DNA of 61,366 nt, counting the filler. It is 8 parts of 8 records of this genome, joined end to end, with 100 filler letters (N's around TTAATTAATTAA, not from the genome) between each part and the next. Parts side by side here need not be neighbours in the genome. Positions count along the whole stretch, not along the records: positions 25,609 to 34,327 come from SRR31147125_8137; positions 34,428 to 42,724 come from SRR31147125_8139; positions 42,825 to 48,703 come from SRR31147125_8142; 5 more parts are not named here. One strand, 5' to 3'. Positions 32,367 through 42,930 of the stretch are shown here, piece after piece. Numbering within the stretch: position 1 is the first letter of the stretch; each line of letters starts with the position of its first letter. The notes under the pieces were generated by a model that saw only the letters and a list, made by a program, of their open reading frames with translations, was not told where the DNA came from and made no database searches. The translations under genes were made by a program, and so were the position numbers.

Positions 32367-33584
32367 CTAATCTAAAACCCTACGACCCAATACAAAGTTG
32401 TCAGTAAAATAACCAGAAACGTTTGTTATTGTTATCTGTCTTTTTGAAGACGAAGCGTGAATAAGCTTTCCGTCTCCAATATATATACCTACGTGTGATA
32501 TAGCTGAGCTATATGATGATCTAAAAAACATCAAGTCACCTTTTTCAAGGTCTTTTATTCTACTTATTTTATCCCAACTATCTTGGGTTGAATAAGCAGA
32601 AGAGCTATATCTTGGAACATTCAGTCCACTGTTTTTCATAACATAATAAACAAAACCTGAGCAATCAAAAGACGTTGGTCCTTCGGAGCTTACCCTATAG
32701 GGCTTACCGATAAGATTTTTTGCAAAATCAATCATATCGTCTGCTTTATCATTTACCTTATCTGGCGTCAGTATAGGTTCGTCAGCTGCATCTTGCACAT
32801 CATCAGCACCATTGTTTTCACTTGCATTTTCAGAATAAAGCAGTGCTCTTGTATTCCTTCCAGCGACACCATCAGCAACCAATCCATTATCCTCTTGAAA
32901 ATCTCTTACAGCAGCAACTGTGATACTCCCATAATACCCTGTAGCAGCGGAATGCTTATAGTATCCAAGTGACTTTAATGTCTTTTGAACTTTAACGACA
33001 TCCTCGCCTCTGTCCTTCGGGTAAAGTGTAAAGTATTTAGCACTATCCGAAAATAGTTTTGCATATGTCTGTTTACCAACTATTCCGTCAACCATAAGCT
33101 TGTTTGTTGTTTGAAACCTCTTTACTGCAGAGCTAGTAACTGGACCATAATAACCAGTTACATTATCATAATCATAATACTCAAGCTCTTTTAGTCTTGC
33201 CTGTATTTTAGTGACTTCATCACCTTTATCCCCAACAAGATATTTATCCTTTGAGTTTGTATCTATTATCTGTCTATCACTTTCTATTTCTTCATAATCA
33301 TTTTTAAATAGCTCACCTCTTGTCTGAGGTCCAGCTTTTCCATCAACTTTTAATCCCTTATCCTTTTGAAAATCCAATACTGCAGCTTGAGTAAGTGTGC
33401 CATAGTATCCTGTTGCATTACAATTAAGATACCCAAGCTCTTTAAGTTTTAACTGTAGCTCTTTTACATATTCATCTTTATCGCCAATCGTAAGTATCTC
33501 GTTTCGCGATGCCGCCATTGCAATGTTTGGTATAACCATAATAAGCACCATAAATGCTGTAAAAATAGCTTTCTTAAACTTCAA
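32367..33584 (-). CDS. secreted cell-wall hydrolase: three PG_binding_1 domains plus NlpC/P60
   Basis: Three VK.LQ..L..LGY...TGYYG..T..AV..FQ....L.VDG..G..T repeats; FDCSG and HVGIY.G motifs. Confidence 0.92.
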   Translation of the reverse strand: MKFKKAIFTAFMVLIMVIPNIAMAASRNEILTIGDKDEYVKELQLKLKELGYLNCNATGYYGTLTQAAVLDFQKDKGLKVDGKAGPQTRGELFKNDYEEIESDRQIIDTNSKDKYLVGDKGDEVTKIQARLKELEYYDYDNVTGYYGPVTSSAVKRFQTTNKLMVDGIVGKQTYAKLFSDSAKYFTLYPKDRGEDVVKVQKTLKSLGYYKHSAATGYYGSITVAAVRDFQEDNGLVADGVAGRNTRALLYSENASENNGADDVQDAADEPILTPDKVNDKADDMIDFAKNLIGKPYRVSSEGPTSFDCSGFVYYVMKNSGLNVPRYSSSAYSTQDSWDKISRIKDLEKGDLMFFRSSYSSAISHVGIYIGDGKLIHASSSKRQITITNVSGYFTDNFVLGRRVLD

Positions 33585-33759
33585 ATTCTCACCCTTTCTT
33601 ATACACTAAATTTACTGGACTAGTAACAGAGGTTTCTGTCTATTCCAGCACATGATAAAACTAACCCTAATCTTCAACTAGAAATTTAATCTATCATGAT
33701 GTAAGCTTGAGTATATAGAAAACAAATTTTTTACTCAAACTGGATTAGAGGCTATTATA
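33585..33759 (-). promoter_or_regulatory. structured ~165-nt 5' leader with -10 TATAAT at 33754-33759
   Basis: Three hairpins plus an 8-bp pseudoknot pairing (see findings). Confidence 0.5.
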
Positions 33760-33786
33760 CTTGGTTATGTTTGATTAACTTAAAAT

Positions 33787-33803
33787 ATTACAAATATATT
33801 ACG
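33787..33803 (-). promoter_or_regulatory. WalR-like direct repeat
   Basis: CGTAAT-N5-TGTAAT, one mismatch to TGTWAH-N5-TGTWAH, just upstream of a poor -35. Confidence 0.55.
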
Positions 33804-33848
33804 TTTATTATAAAAATACAATTTATACGTAACAATTTATACCATAGC

Positions 33849-34325
33849 TTATATTTCTCTTTTATAACTAGTAACTTTAGCAATAATTGAACTGTGCACA
33901 GCGTCAATAGTATTGTACATCCGCATCTCACCTGCTTCTTTGTAAATTGTGTATTTCGGTTTTGTATTTATTTCTATAATATACATGTTGTAACTTTCAT
34001 CTAAACCTACATCAAAGCCCAACTCTTTTAGATTTGGGTATTTTATACTAAGAGCCTTTGCCATGTTAAAACAAGTCAAATTAATCTTGTATATCAGGTT
34101 TTGGCGTTTAGCTGGCGATACATTAAAGCTTTTTAATATATTTGACAATCTAACTCCTGTACCGCCACTGCTTTTATTTGTTATCATCTTTTTTTCAGCA
34201 GCAATCTTAGCAACAATTCCGTTTACATTCCAATTCCCATTAGTACGCTGTATGCTCACTCTAATATCCAATGGACTACCCTTATACTTTAAAAGCTCTA
34301 TGCCTTTTTGAAGAATAAACTTCTT
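33849..34325 (-). CDS. YheC/YheD-family ATP-grasp protein, 5'-partial
   Basis: FILQKGI.L....G.PLDIRV..QR, ELGFDVG.D and IIEINTKP motifs. Confidence 0.85.
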   Translation of the reverse strand, partial: KKFILQKGIELLKYKGSPLDIRVSIQRTNGNWNVNGIVAKIAAEKKMITNKSSGGTGVRLSNILKSFNVSPAKRQNLIYKINLTCFNMAKALSIKYPNLKELGFDVGLDESYNMYIIEINTKPKYTIYKEAGEMRMYNTIDAVHSSIIAKVTSYKREI

Positions 34326-34327
34326 TT

Positions 34328-34427
34328 NNNNNNNNNNNNNNNNNNNNNNNNNNNNNNNNNNNNNNNNNNNNTTAATTAATTAANNNNNNNNNNNNNNNNN
34401 NNNNNNNNNNNNNNNNNNNNNNNNNNN
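34328..34427. other. artificial contig linker
   Basis: N-run/TTAATTAATTAA/N-run. Confidence 0.99.
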
Positions 34428-35221
34428 CCTCCCCAATACAAAATAAGTAATGGTGTAAACGATATTAAAAATGTTGATATGTTTCTTGAACTTGATATCA
34501 AAATAGTACTTTTAACATTAAAGCCAATTAGACTATTTATCAAACGGAACAAACTATTTTTCTCGAACTCGTATGTAATGTAGGTTTTAATAAGTTTTAT
34601 ATTTTCATAATGTTCAACAAAAAAAGAAAGAACTTCAGAATCCTTCTCCCGAGATAGTTTTATAATTCGTTGAATTTTGGGCTGAAAATATATTGTATTA
34701 ATCAGAATAAATGGGATAGCTAGGATTGCAATCAAAAACAACTTATAATTCAGCCATAAAAGCGCAATTGTAATTCCAATAATGGTTAATGTATTATTGA
34801 CAAAACGCAGGACAGCTCCTGTAACAATACTTTGTATGACATTAATTTCATTGTTCATGCGGTGCAAGACATCGCCGGCTTTGTTTTTATCAAAAAAGTC
34901 CATTGGTAAGTGAATTAAATGCGTGAATAAATCCATTCGCATATCACGAACAATATAGTTACTTACCAAAGTGTAAAGGTAATCTGAGAAGAACATGATT
35001 ACAATACGAGCGATGTTAATTGCAAATAGTATAATAAGAATATTGACCAAGTATTTAAAATCTTTTGAAGGGAAAGCATTGTCTATAATCAATTTAAGAA
35101 TATATGGAGATGCGAGTCCCGCCACACTTCCAAGTATCATCATGATAAACAAAATTAATTCTTTCCCCCAATAGGGTTTTACATAAAAAAGAAAGTTAAA
35201 AACCATTTTCAAATTCTTCAT
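34428..35221 (-). CDS. ABC exporter (fused TMD-NBD type), 3'-partial
   Basis: ABC_membrane signature LF.HL..LP..FF.....GD...R. Confidence 0.85.
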
Positions 35222-35406
35222 GTGTTTATGATTATTTATATAAATTGGAAAGCGTTTATGAATGGGGCAAAATAAGAAGTATCTAATCTGGACTTTTTTG
35301 GAAGCTAATTAATCTTAATGCGTTATTCCCGAAGTAAAAAGAACTATTTGTCTTAAATATCATAAATCACTTGATTTAAAAACACTTATGATTGTTTAAA
35401 ACACTA

Positions 35407-36228
35407 TTAAGGATTTTTAATTTTGACAAGCTCTTTAAAAGTCTCATAATCAACCAAATTTAAAAATTCTCTTCTATTATTATCTAAGATATTATACTCA
35501 AAGAAAAGGTTGTCGAATTTCATATTTTTACCAATATCATATTTTTTTGTTAATATTCCTACTCCCCAATCAGAGTCAATACAACAAGAGTAAACCAAAG
35601 GACTGCAACGCCATTTTAAAAATGCTTTCCAAGTTGTTCCATTCCAATATCCTTCATTTGGAGTAAAGTATTCAGCTACTTCTCTCGCATGCCATTCGGT
35701 TGGCGGATTACAATCATGTAGAACTATGAATCCATCTTCTTTAATATAATTAAAGGCATTTGCAATATCCCTATCCACTTGTTCCGCATGATGTAGCCCA
35801 TCAATAAATATTACGTCAAATTTTATATCCTTTAATTGGATTTCGTTTTTAAATAATTTTTCAAAAAAGATATCACTTGTCATTTTAAAATCTACAGGAT
35901 TTGATTTATACTCAAATCCAGGATCAACGCCATATTTATTGCTCGCTTTGATATAATTAAAATTGTCTTCAGGGTCACGAACTCCTATTTCCAAATAATA
36001 GGTCTCATTTTGCTTTAAAGACAACAAAAAGTTAATAATATCAGTACGTTTAGGACGTTTTAAAACTTCAATATGACTTATTCTTTGAATCTTCATTAAA
36101 TAGGGATCATTATGAAGTTTTTTTCCTGCTTTGTAATACTCCCAATAATTAGGATCATCCCGAAATTTTCGTCCAATAACATAATATTTTATGGGTTTTA
36201 TATTCAATAGCGGATTTTTGATTCTCAC
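35407..36228 (-). CDS. class I SAM-dependent methyltransferase (Methyltransf_24-like)
   Basis: YLEIGV, DVIFIDGLH and G.IVLHDCNP motifs. Confidence 0.85.
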   Translation of the reverse strand: MRIKNPLLNIKPIKYYVIGRKFRDDPNYWEYYKAGKKLHNDPYLMKIQRISHIEVLKRPKRTDIINFLLSLKQNETYYLEIGVRDPEDNFNYIKASNKYGVDPGFEYKSNPVDFKMTSDIFFEKLFKNEIQLKDIKFDVIFIDGLHHAEQVDRDIANAFNYIKEDGFIVLHDCNPPTEWHAREVAEYFTPNEGYWNGTTWKAFLKWRCSPLVYSCCIDSDWGVGILTKKYDIGKNMKFDNLFFEYNILDNNRREFLNLVDYETFKELVKIKNP

Positions 36229-36276
36229 CGTTTAAAATATTTATGGTTCTACCAAATTGGGTTTTTCAATTAATCA

Positions 36277-37158
36277 TTAATGGTTCTTATCTGATTGAGT
36301 ATTTAAATGTGAAAAAATAGGAAGAATGGAGTAACTATTATCAGATTTTATATCTTCACGCTGATTAATTATTGAAATTGATGAAGCAAATACCTGAAGT
36401 TTATTAAACATCTGGTTTATCCATACATCTATAGCACCATATACTGGTAATTCATTTAGTAACATTTTTGCCCCAGAATATGATAAAACATATCCTGAAA
36501 GCCATAATAATCCCCTAATTGGGCGAAATAGATTCTTCGAAAAGTATTCTTTCTGAACTCCATGATCAACTTCCCAGAATGATAAATATAGCAAGTCAAA
36601 CTTAGGCTTGTTGTTTGAGTTTTTAGGCAACTCTCGCCAAATCTGATTCAATTTCGAGTCAAAATCATTTTCAAAAAAGATATCATCTTCGAGTACAAGC
36701 ACATATGATAATTTTTCAAATACAATTTTTTCCCAAATTTTGATATGCGAAAGAGCAACAGCAATTTCTTCTTTAGTTAAATTTAAAGTAATATTTTTTT
36801 CTTTTATCAATGATAAAAACCTCGGATCTGGATCAACATTATACTGGTCACTAAGATTATATGATTTAGAAATCTGAATAGTATTTAAGGTTGCTGCATC
36901 TAACTCTTTCGCATCAATCGCAGATATTCGATGCGAATAATCGAATAGAGTTTTATTTCCTTTTAACTTCTGAGAATTAGCTTCTATCTTGTATTGTTTC
37001 CATCTCTTGACCTGTCGATCTAGATTAATAATATAGATTGTTCCTATTTTGTCTTGGGTAGTGCCAAACACATTAGCTAATTGGTGTGCTTTCATTCTTC
37101 CTAAAAATTGATTGAATAAAAAGTAAATTCTAAGATTAAACCTTTTATGAAGCAACAT
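36277..37158 (-). CDS. GT25 glycosyltransferase
   Basis: IINLDRQ..RW, E.AVALSH..IW, LVLEDD and GY.LS..GA motifs. Confidence 0.85.
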   Translation of the reverse strand: MLLHKRFNLRIYFLFNQFLGRMKAHQLANVFGTTQDKIGTIYIINLDRQVKRWKQYKIEANSQKLKGNKTLFDYSHRISAIDAKELDAATLNTIQISKSYNLSDQYNVDPDPRFLSLIKEKNITLNLTKEEIAVALSHIKIWEKIVFEKLSYVLVLEDDIFFENDFDSKLNQIWRELPKNSNNKPKFDLLYLSFWEVDHGVQKEYFSKNLFRPIRGLLWLSGYVLSYSGAKMLLNELPVYGAIDVWINQMFNKLQVFASSISIINQREDIKSDNSYSILPIFSHLNTQSDKNH

Positions 37159-37374
37159 TGCATGATTTTATAACACTAAGCACCTCATTTAATGAAGGAA
37201 AGAAAGCAATAATCCATGTTTCAAAATTTCAATTATTGCTCTTGATATCATTCACTATTTTGTAGTCTGAGAAACTTAAACTCAAATTTATTATTAACAA
37301 AACATATTCCTAAATAAAAACTAATCGGCATTTCATTTTGGTATGATTTTAGATTATTATAAACTGAAGTGCTT

Positions 37375-38835
37375 TCAATTATTTAACACAGAATATTTTA
37401 ATTCATTGATTTTCAAAGAATTAAAATCTTCAAGGTTATCAATTAAGTTAAGATATTCTACGTAGATTCTTTCGATAGAAGATTTTGTAAATAATTCTGA
37501 TTTATATCTCCCGGTGTAACTAATACAATTTGTATAAATATTAATATCAAAAAACATATCAAACTTGTCAGTGTATTTTATATCAGAGTGTTTAATCCCT
37601 GGCGAAAGTGTATCCATTGAAATTTCGGTTTCATGACTAATTATATTTAGGATAATGGAACTAACACTTGGAAATGATACATCATTTTCATGTAATGCCA
37701 TACAAATGGGGTATGTTTTATGACGAAATGATTTTAACGCAGAAATACAAACATCTTTTAGGAATTCAAAAACTGTTTGATCCCCTTTAATTTTATGACG
37801 GATTAGTACTGTATCTACCATGCAGCCAATAACATTTTTGAGTTTTTCTTTATCTCTAAAATTTGTTAGCATTCCTATTATTATATCCTTCTCCCCTGTT
37901 AAAATAAAAATTGACAAGAAGTAGGTTGCCATGATTATTAGTGGTAATTTAATATTGGTTTTTATTGACATTATTTTCAATATTTTTAATCTCTTTTTAT
38001 CTACGATAAAACAAAATGAAGATGATGGCTCATCAGATAAACTAATAATATTACCCAAGAAATGTTTTTGAATACCTAATACAGTATCGGCTCCGGCAGA
38101 CTTTAACTCATTAATTATCTGTTCTTTATATGATGCGATCTTTATTCCCTTAGATGCAGAACATTTTGTTGTTAAGTTGATAGTGGGAATATTTCTTAAT
38201 AATTTTTCCCAAAACGCTTTTTGTTTTAAACCATTTCTGCCCTCTAATTCCTGATTTATTTCATTTAGATAATCTCCAAAAGGATATGAAATAGGCTGTG
38301 TAATAATTTTTTTGCATAAGCACTCTTTATAGATCATATTTAATTCCTTTTTCAAATACCTCATTGTTTCAGCATCACTTATTCGATGGGGAATGGTCAT
38401 AATTATATAGTATTCCTCTTTAGTTATTTTTACTATTCTAATAAGTAAATTAGGAAATTGATCAGGGTAGAATACTTTTTTTTCTTGATTCTCGATTAAT
38501 TCTTTGACAACCATATAAGGATTATTCGTTTTACTCATATCTTGAAATTCAATTTTTAACATGTTAGTCTTATATGGCCATACTTTTTGCATAATTTTGT
38601 TCTCTCTCATAACTAATGTCGTTCTTAAAACCTTATGTCTTTCGATAAGAATTTTAAAAGTCTTTCGCAAAGCTTCTATATCAATAAATTTAAGTTTGTT
38701 ACTTAAAGAACAGTTAATTGGCTTTAAATGGTTTTTAAAATATAAGTTTACGAGGAATTCATACTTCTGTAAAGAAGCTGCTTCGTAGTATTCGAATCTA
38801 TTATCATTTTCCATAAAAGTTTCAATTATTATCAA
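37375..38835 (-). CDS. stand-alone NRPS-type condensation-domain protein
   Basis: AS.LQ; L...F..LI.RH..LRT; active-site-like PHRISDAE; FW...L; DI.IG....R......IGC.VDT...R. Confidence 0.8.
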   Translation of the reverse strand: MIIIETFMENDNRFEYYEAASLQKYEFLVNLYFKNHLKPINCSLSNKLKFIDIEALRKTFKILIERHKVLRTTLVMRENKIMQKVWPYKTNMLKIEFQDMSKTNNPYMVVKELIENQEKKVFYPDQFPNLLIRIVKITKEEYYIIMTIPHRISDAETMRYLKKELNMIYKECLCKKIITQPISYPFGDYLNEINQELEGRNGLKQKAFWEKLLRNIPTINLTTKCSASKGIKIASYKEQIINELKSAGADTVLGIQKHFLGNIISLSDEPSSSFCFIVDKKRLKILKIMSIKTNIKLPLIIMATYFLSIFILTGEKDIIIGMLTNFRDKEKLKNVIGCMVDTVLIRHKIKGDQTVFEFLKDVCISALKSFRHKTYPICMALHENDVSFPSVSSIILNIISHETEISMDTLSPGIKHSDIKYTDKFDMFFDINIYTNCISYTGRYKSELFTKSSIERIYVEYLNLIDNLEDFNSLKINELKYSVLNN

Positions 38836-38951
38836 TACGTCTAGAATTATTTATTATCCCATTAATCAATATTGATAGTGCTTTGGAGTATCTCAAGATT
38901 TTTTCGAGGTACTTAAAATATTTACATTCAAAAATTATTTTTTTTAATCAA

Positions 38952-39764
38952 CTACCGTCCTAATGATTCACGAAATTCTCTAAATCTTGGTATTTTATTA
39001 CATGCCAGATTAAAATTTATTTTTTTACCAATTACTCTATTTTTCACATTCCACAATTCGTTCTCCTGGTGTATTACACAAATATTGGGGGCATAAACAA
39101 ATTTGCAACCATTTTTCCATAGTCTAAAAGCAAATTCAATATCCTCATATCCCCAATATCCATCAAAATCGGTATCAAACAGACCTACTTGTATTGCCTG
39201 CTTTTTTGAAAATGATGCATTACAAGTGTGAAAACAATTAAAGGGCATTGGATGACTCTCAAATTTATCAAATTCAGGTAACCTTCTATCTTTCAATTTT
39301 CCAGAATTTGAGATACTGATTACTTCTGGTAATTTATATAGATCTTCAAATTTGTTTTTATCAAAAAAATCCCTTTCAATATCTACAAATTTCCTCAAAC
39401 CAATCACAACCGTTGTATCTACCTGCTCTTTATGTTGTTCGAGATGGGACTTTATAAAATGCTGATTGGGTATACAATCTGCGTCAAGCACAATAATTGT
39501 ATCATATTTCGCTGCCCTTATACCTTTATTACGACATGTCGACATTCTTATTTTGTGACTTTTTTGTCCCCTGCTTACAAGTTTAATATCAATTTTTTTA
39601 CGAAATTCTTGAGTAATATTTGCTATGTTGTCAGAACTTCCATCATCACAGATAATTACTTCAAAAAGTTTATTAGAACATAATTGTTTGCTTAATCCGA
39701 ACAATGTTTGTTTTAATATTTGACTACAATTTAATGTTGGTATAACTACACTTGCTCTAGACAT
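38952..39764 (-). CDS. GT2 glycosyltransferase
   Basis: SVVIPT.N, DDGS, LDAD and WGYEDIE motifs. Confidence 0.92.
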   Translation of the reverse strand: MSRASVVIPTLNCSQILKQTLFGLSKQLCSNKLFEVIICDDGSSDNIANITQEFRKKIDIKLVSRGQKSHKIRMSTCRNKGIRAAKYDTIIVLDADCIPNQHFIKSHLEQHKEQVDTTVVIGLRKFVDIERDFFDKNKFEDLYKLPEVISISNSGKLKDRRLPEFDKFESHPMPFNCFHTCNASFSKKQAIQVGLFDTDFDGYWGYEDIEFAFRLWKNGCKFVYAPNICVIHQENELWNVKNRVIGKKINFNLACNKIPRFREFRESLGR

Positions 39765-40086
39765 AACTATTAATCATTTAATTATACATTAGCGTATTTT
39801 ACGACGCTATTAACAATTATTATTCTTTTTCGTAATGACATTGTACTCTTATATAAGATTGGCAAGATATGGATTGATAATTCCAGAATTATTGATTGAT
39901 CATATCTTTTAATCAATTGGCGATAAGAAAGCAACATTCATATTTCAATAACACAAACACCCCTAACTAACTATACTACGGCACAGTTATGGACGGTAGT
40001 ATCATATCTAGAATGAATGAATTCTAAAACACCTTAGAAAAATTCTTATATATCACATACAAAGAAGGACAGTGAAAAGCCCAATT

Positions 40087-41185
40087 TCATTTATCATAAA
40101 TTGAACAGGGATCTATGTGTATAGGTTCCTCTATTGGCTTTAAGTCTAAAATTGAATCAGGAATATATTCAATTATTCCTGATCTTATTAATGTCCTTAC
40201 TATATTATTAATATTACAATTCCAATATTCTGTAAAAAAAGGGAGTGGAACTATATCATTTTGATTAAGAAGCCACCTCGTTATGTCTAAATTTAAATCA
40301 CATAGAGACAGATTTTTGGATGTACCATCCATATAATTAATAGTCATAGTATGAGTTACTCTATCAAACGACTTTTCTTGTATCTGGTTACAGAGTACAG
40401 GAACTTCATGATAGCGTGTCTCCTGCATATGTAGATCCACATCTTGAAAACCAGTAAAACAATAGATTTTACTATCCTCTGATCGCGGGGCATAAACTTC
40501 AGATGCTTCCGACAGAAATCCACCCCACCAGGCAAAAGTACTATTAGACAGGATAATACGTTCGAAATTCATGAAAAACAAAAAATGCTCAATAGAAGAA
40601 CCACAATAATAAATTGGATCATATTTTGAGAAAAAACGATGAACATTTTCGTCAATGCCTATTCCAGTAATATAAACCTTTCCAATATTTGGCAAATTAT
40701 CAAGTATCTGACTATAAAATGTTAACGGTAATATCCAATTTAGTAAACCATAATCATCGCCTCTTCTCAAATTCACAAGTACATCATTAGATCTTATGTC
40801 AAATATTTTTTTGTTTTTTACAAGCAAACCATTTTTGTATTGAGTTTTTATATGGTGCGTAATAATCGAATCGTTGAAAAAATCCATTTAAAACAATCTT
40901 TCTTTGCGCTTTATCGTTAAGTATAGATCCAAGGTCAATAAATTGATTAACTAGTTCATTTTTCTCTGCTCCATATATTTCAATCGGAGAAAAATTTCTT
41001 ATACCATTTATTTGAAGGCTCAAGCCGAATAAACTTTGTGAAATATTCTCTAAATATGCATCATTGTTGATATCACGAATATTATAGCGGAGTTCATAAC
41101 CATGATGTTCCGCTATAATGCGCCCTAAAGCATATTGAAAAAGATTATTCCCTAAATGACCTGTAAAATTTACTGAAACAGACAT
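40087..41185 (-). CDS. GT11 (alpha-1,2-fucosyltransferase-like), split by an A-run frameshift near 40810
   Basis: G.LGNNLFQYA in ORF 40799-41185; LRRGDD and SNSTFAWWG in ORF 40087-40887. Confidence 0.8.
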
Positions 41186-41288
41186 ATGAAATTCAATTAA
41201 TAATATTATTTGAGCAAAAATTTAACATAATTTACACTAATTAATTTCTAACATGCATTCATTGGAAGAATAGCCAGCAAATTGTTCT

Positions 41289-41792
41289 TCAAGCATTTTC
41301 CTTCGCTAAAATGAATGTTCCTGAAGACATTGTTAAACTTAATGAATATTGAATAGACGGAATGTTAATACAGATTTGATTGTCGTTATTGAAATCTGAT
41401 TTTAGTATGCCTATTAGTCCTTTTAGCTATCTGTCAAGTATTTCAACCCTGCTTCCTTTTTCCAACCTAGATTCCACTTTCAAGTTAGAGAAATTAGTAG
41501 TAATTTTTTTTATTTTTTCAATTTCCTCGTCATTCAGAATTGCGGGAATACCACCAAAGGAAATCAAGCGTACAATCCTTGGATGTGACAAAACTTTATA
41601 AATTTTGGATCTTTCAAGTCGAATAAAAATGTAGTTTGGAAATAAAGGAACTTGAAGCTTTTTCTTACGGTCACTCCATTGCCTAATACTTTCAACCAGT
41701 GGAAGATACACAGTATATCCAAGTTTCGAAAAATGTTCAGTTATAGAATTTTCGGCTTTAGGATAAGTATAAAAAACAAACCATGATTTCAT
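41289..41792 (-). pseudogene. upxY: UpxY-family antiterminator (NusG paralog) interrupted by an in-frame TAG at 41427-41429
   Basis: WFVFYT.P.AE, YLPL....RQWSDRKK....PLFPNYIF; the KOW-domain sequence (LKGLIGIL...) continues in frame after the TAG to a TGA at 41289. Confidence 0.8.
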
Positions 41793-41807
41793 ATTAAAAC
41801 TGACACA

Positions 41808-41815
41808 GCTTCGCC
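41808..41815 (-). promoter_or_regulatory. ops-like pause/recruitment element
   Basis: GGCGAAGC about 15 nt upstream of the upxY ATG, resembling the ops GGCGGTAG / GCG-AGC mini-hairpin. Confidence 0.5.
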
Positions 41816-42724
41816 ATAGAAACTACCATTATTTAGTTATTTAAAAAATCAAATAAATATTTACAAAAGCCTTAGCAATCAAAAAATGAGAATAATTATT
41901 GACTGCTTGAGAGTTTAACTATATTTATTTCAATATCTTTATGCAGATTATTTAATCAGTTGTTTCCAAATACCATTCCTTTTTACAACATCTTATACAT
42001 TATGTAACATAACAAATTGATTATTAACAGAAAACGATTTCCCAAAATGTAACTTTTGTTTTACAAAGAAGATTTTTTCGTGCAAGGAATTACACAAAAT
42101 AAGAATATCATTACTCAAAGTTTGTATATTCTTCTCTACTATAAAACACAATATATCAACTTAATTAAGGAATTGTGTATTTTAAATTATTTATAATCCT
42201 ATAAATTCCAATAAATAAAAATCCACGTTTAGCTATACGTATAATCGCATCTTCACTTCTACTGTAAAAAACTTTGAAATCAAATTAATAAAAATTCCTT
42301 ATCAATTGTATTACATCTTAAGAAGAAACTATTTCTGTGAATGACTTTTAGTCATTTTTACTTTAAATTCATTTAATATGCTGTTTTTTTTAATCATTAC
42401 AGCTACTACACTTATTAAATTTCAAAAATTGAATGTTTAAAGTAATTCAAGAATGTTAAAGATATATGAAACAAAATTAAATATCTTATCATGTTATTTA
42501 TTACAATTTTTGTATCATTGTATAATGAAAACCATAAGAGACTTTACCGGTTTCAAAATTTCTTGACTTTAACTATTATCTGATTAAAATAGTCCTTTAT
42601 TGGGACAATTCAAAACAAAATTCCACCATTAATATAATATCTAATTGTTCACTTTAGTCATTTTAGTTCACAATTAAGTTCTAACAATTAGAATAAAAAC
42701 AAAGGAAACAATATCAAGAACCCC

Positions 42725-42824
42725 NNNNNNNNNNNNNNNNNNNNNNNNNNNNNNNNNNNNNNNNNNNNTTAATTAATTAANNNNNNNNNNNNNNNNNNNN
42801 NNNNNNNNNNNNNNNNNNNNNNNN
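42725..42824. other. artificial contig linker
   Basis: N-run/TTAATTAATTAA/N-run. Confidence 0.99.
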
Positions 42825-42930
42825 TGATTTTGTCTAACATTACCTGCTTTTTTAATAGGCTGCAAAGATAATGATTCAAATAGAAAGTTTGTTATTCAAT
42901 CTGAATTGAGTTGAATTGCACAAAGTTTCT

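Noticed and set aside
33600-33760. c-di-AMP (ydaO) riboswitch
   Set aside because: Conserved GCUGAAUC...GGAGGAACC...AGCUAAC-type blocks are not present; kept only as an unknown structured leader
36229-36276. GT25-methyltransferase fusion broken by a frameshift
   Set aside because: Stops occur in all frames across the junction; no single indel joins them
41427-41429. Genetic-code reassignment or pyrrolysine at the upxY TAG
   Set aside because: Single case; TAG also ends the GT2 gene on the same contig, and no pyl genes are visible
41830-42724. Invertible promoter upstream of upxY
   Set aside because: No convincing flanking inverted repeats found in this AT-rich region
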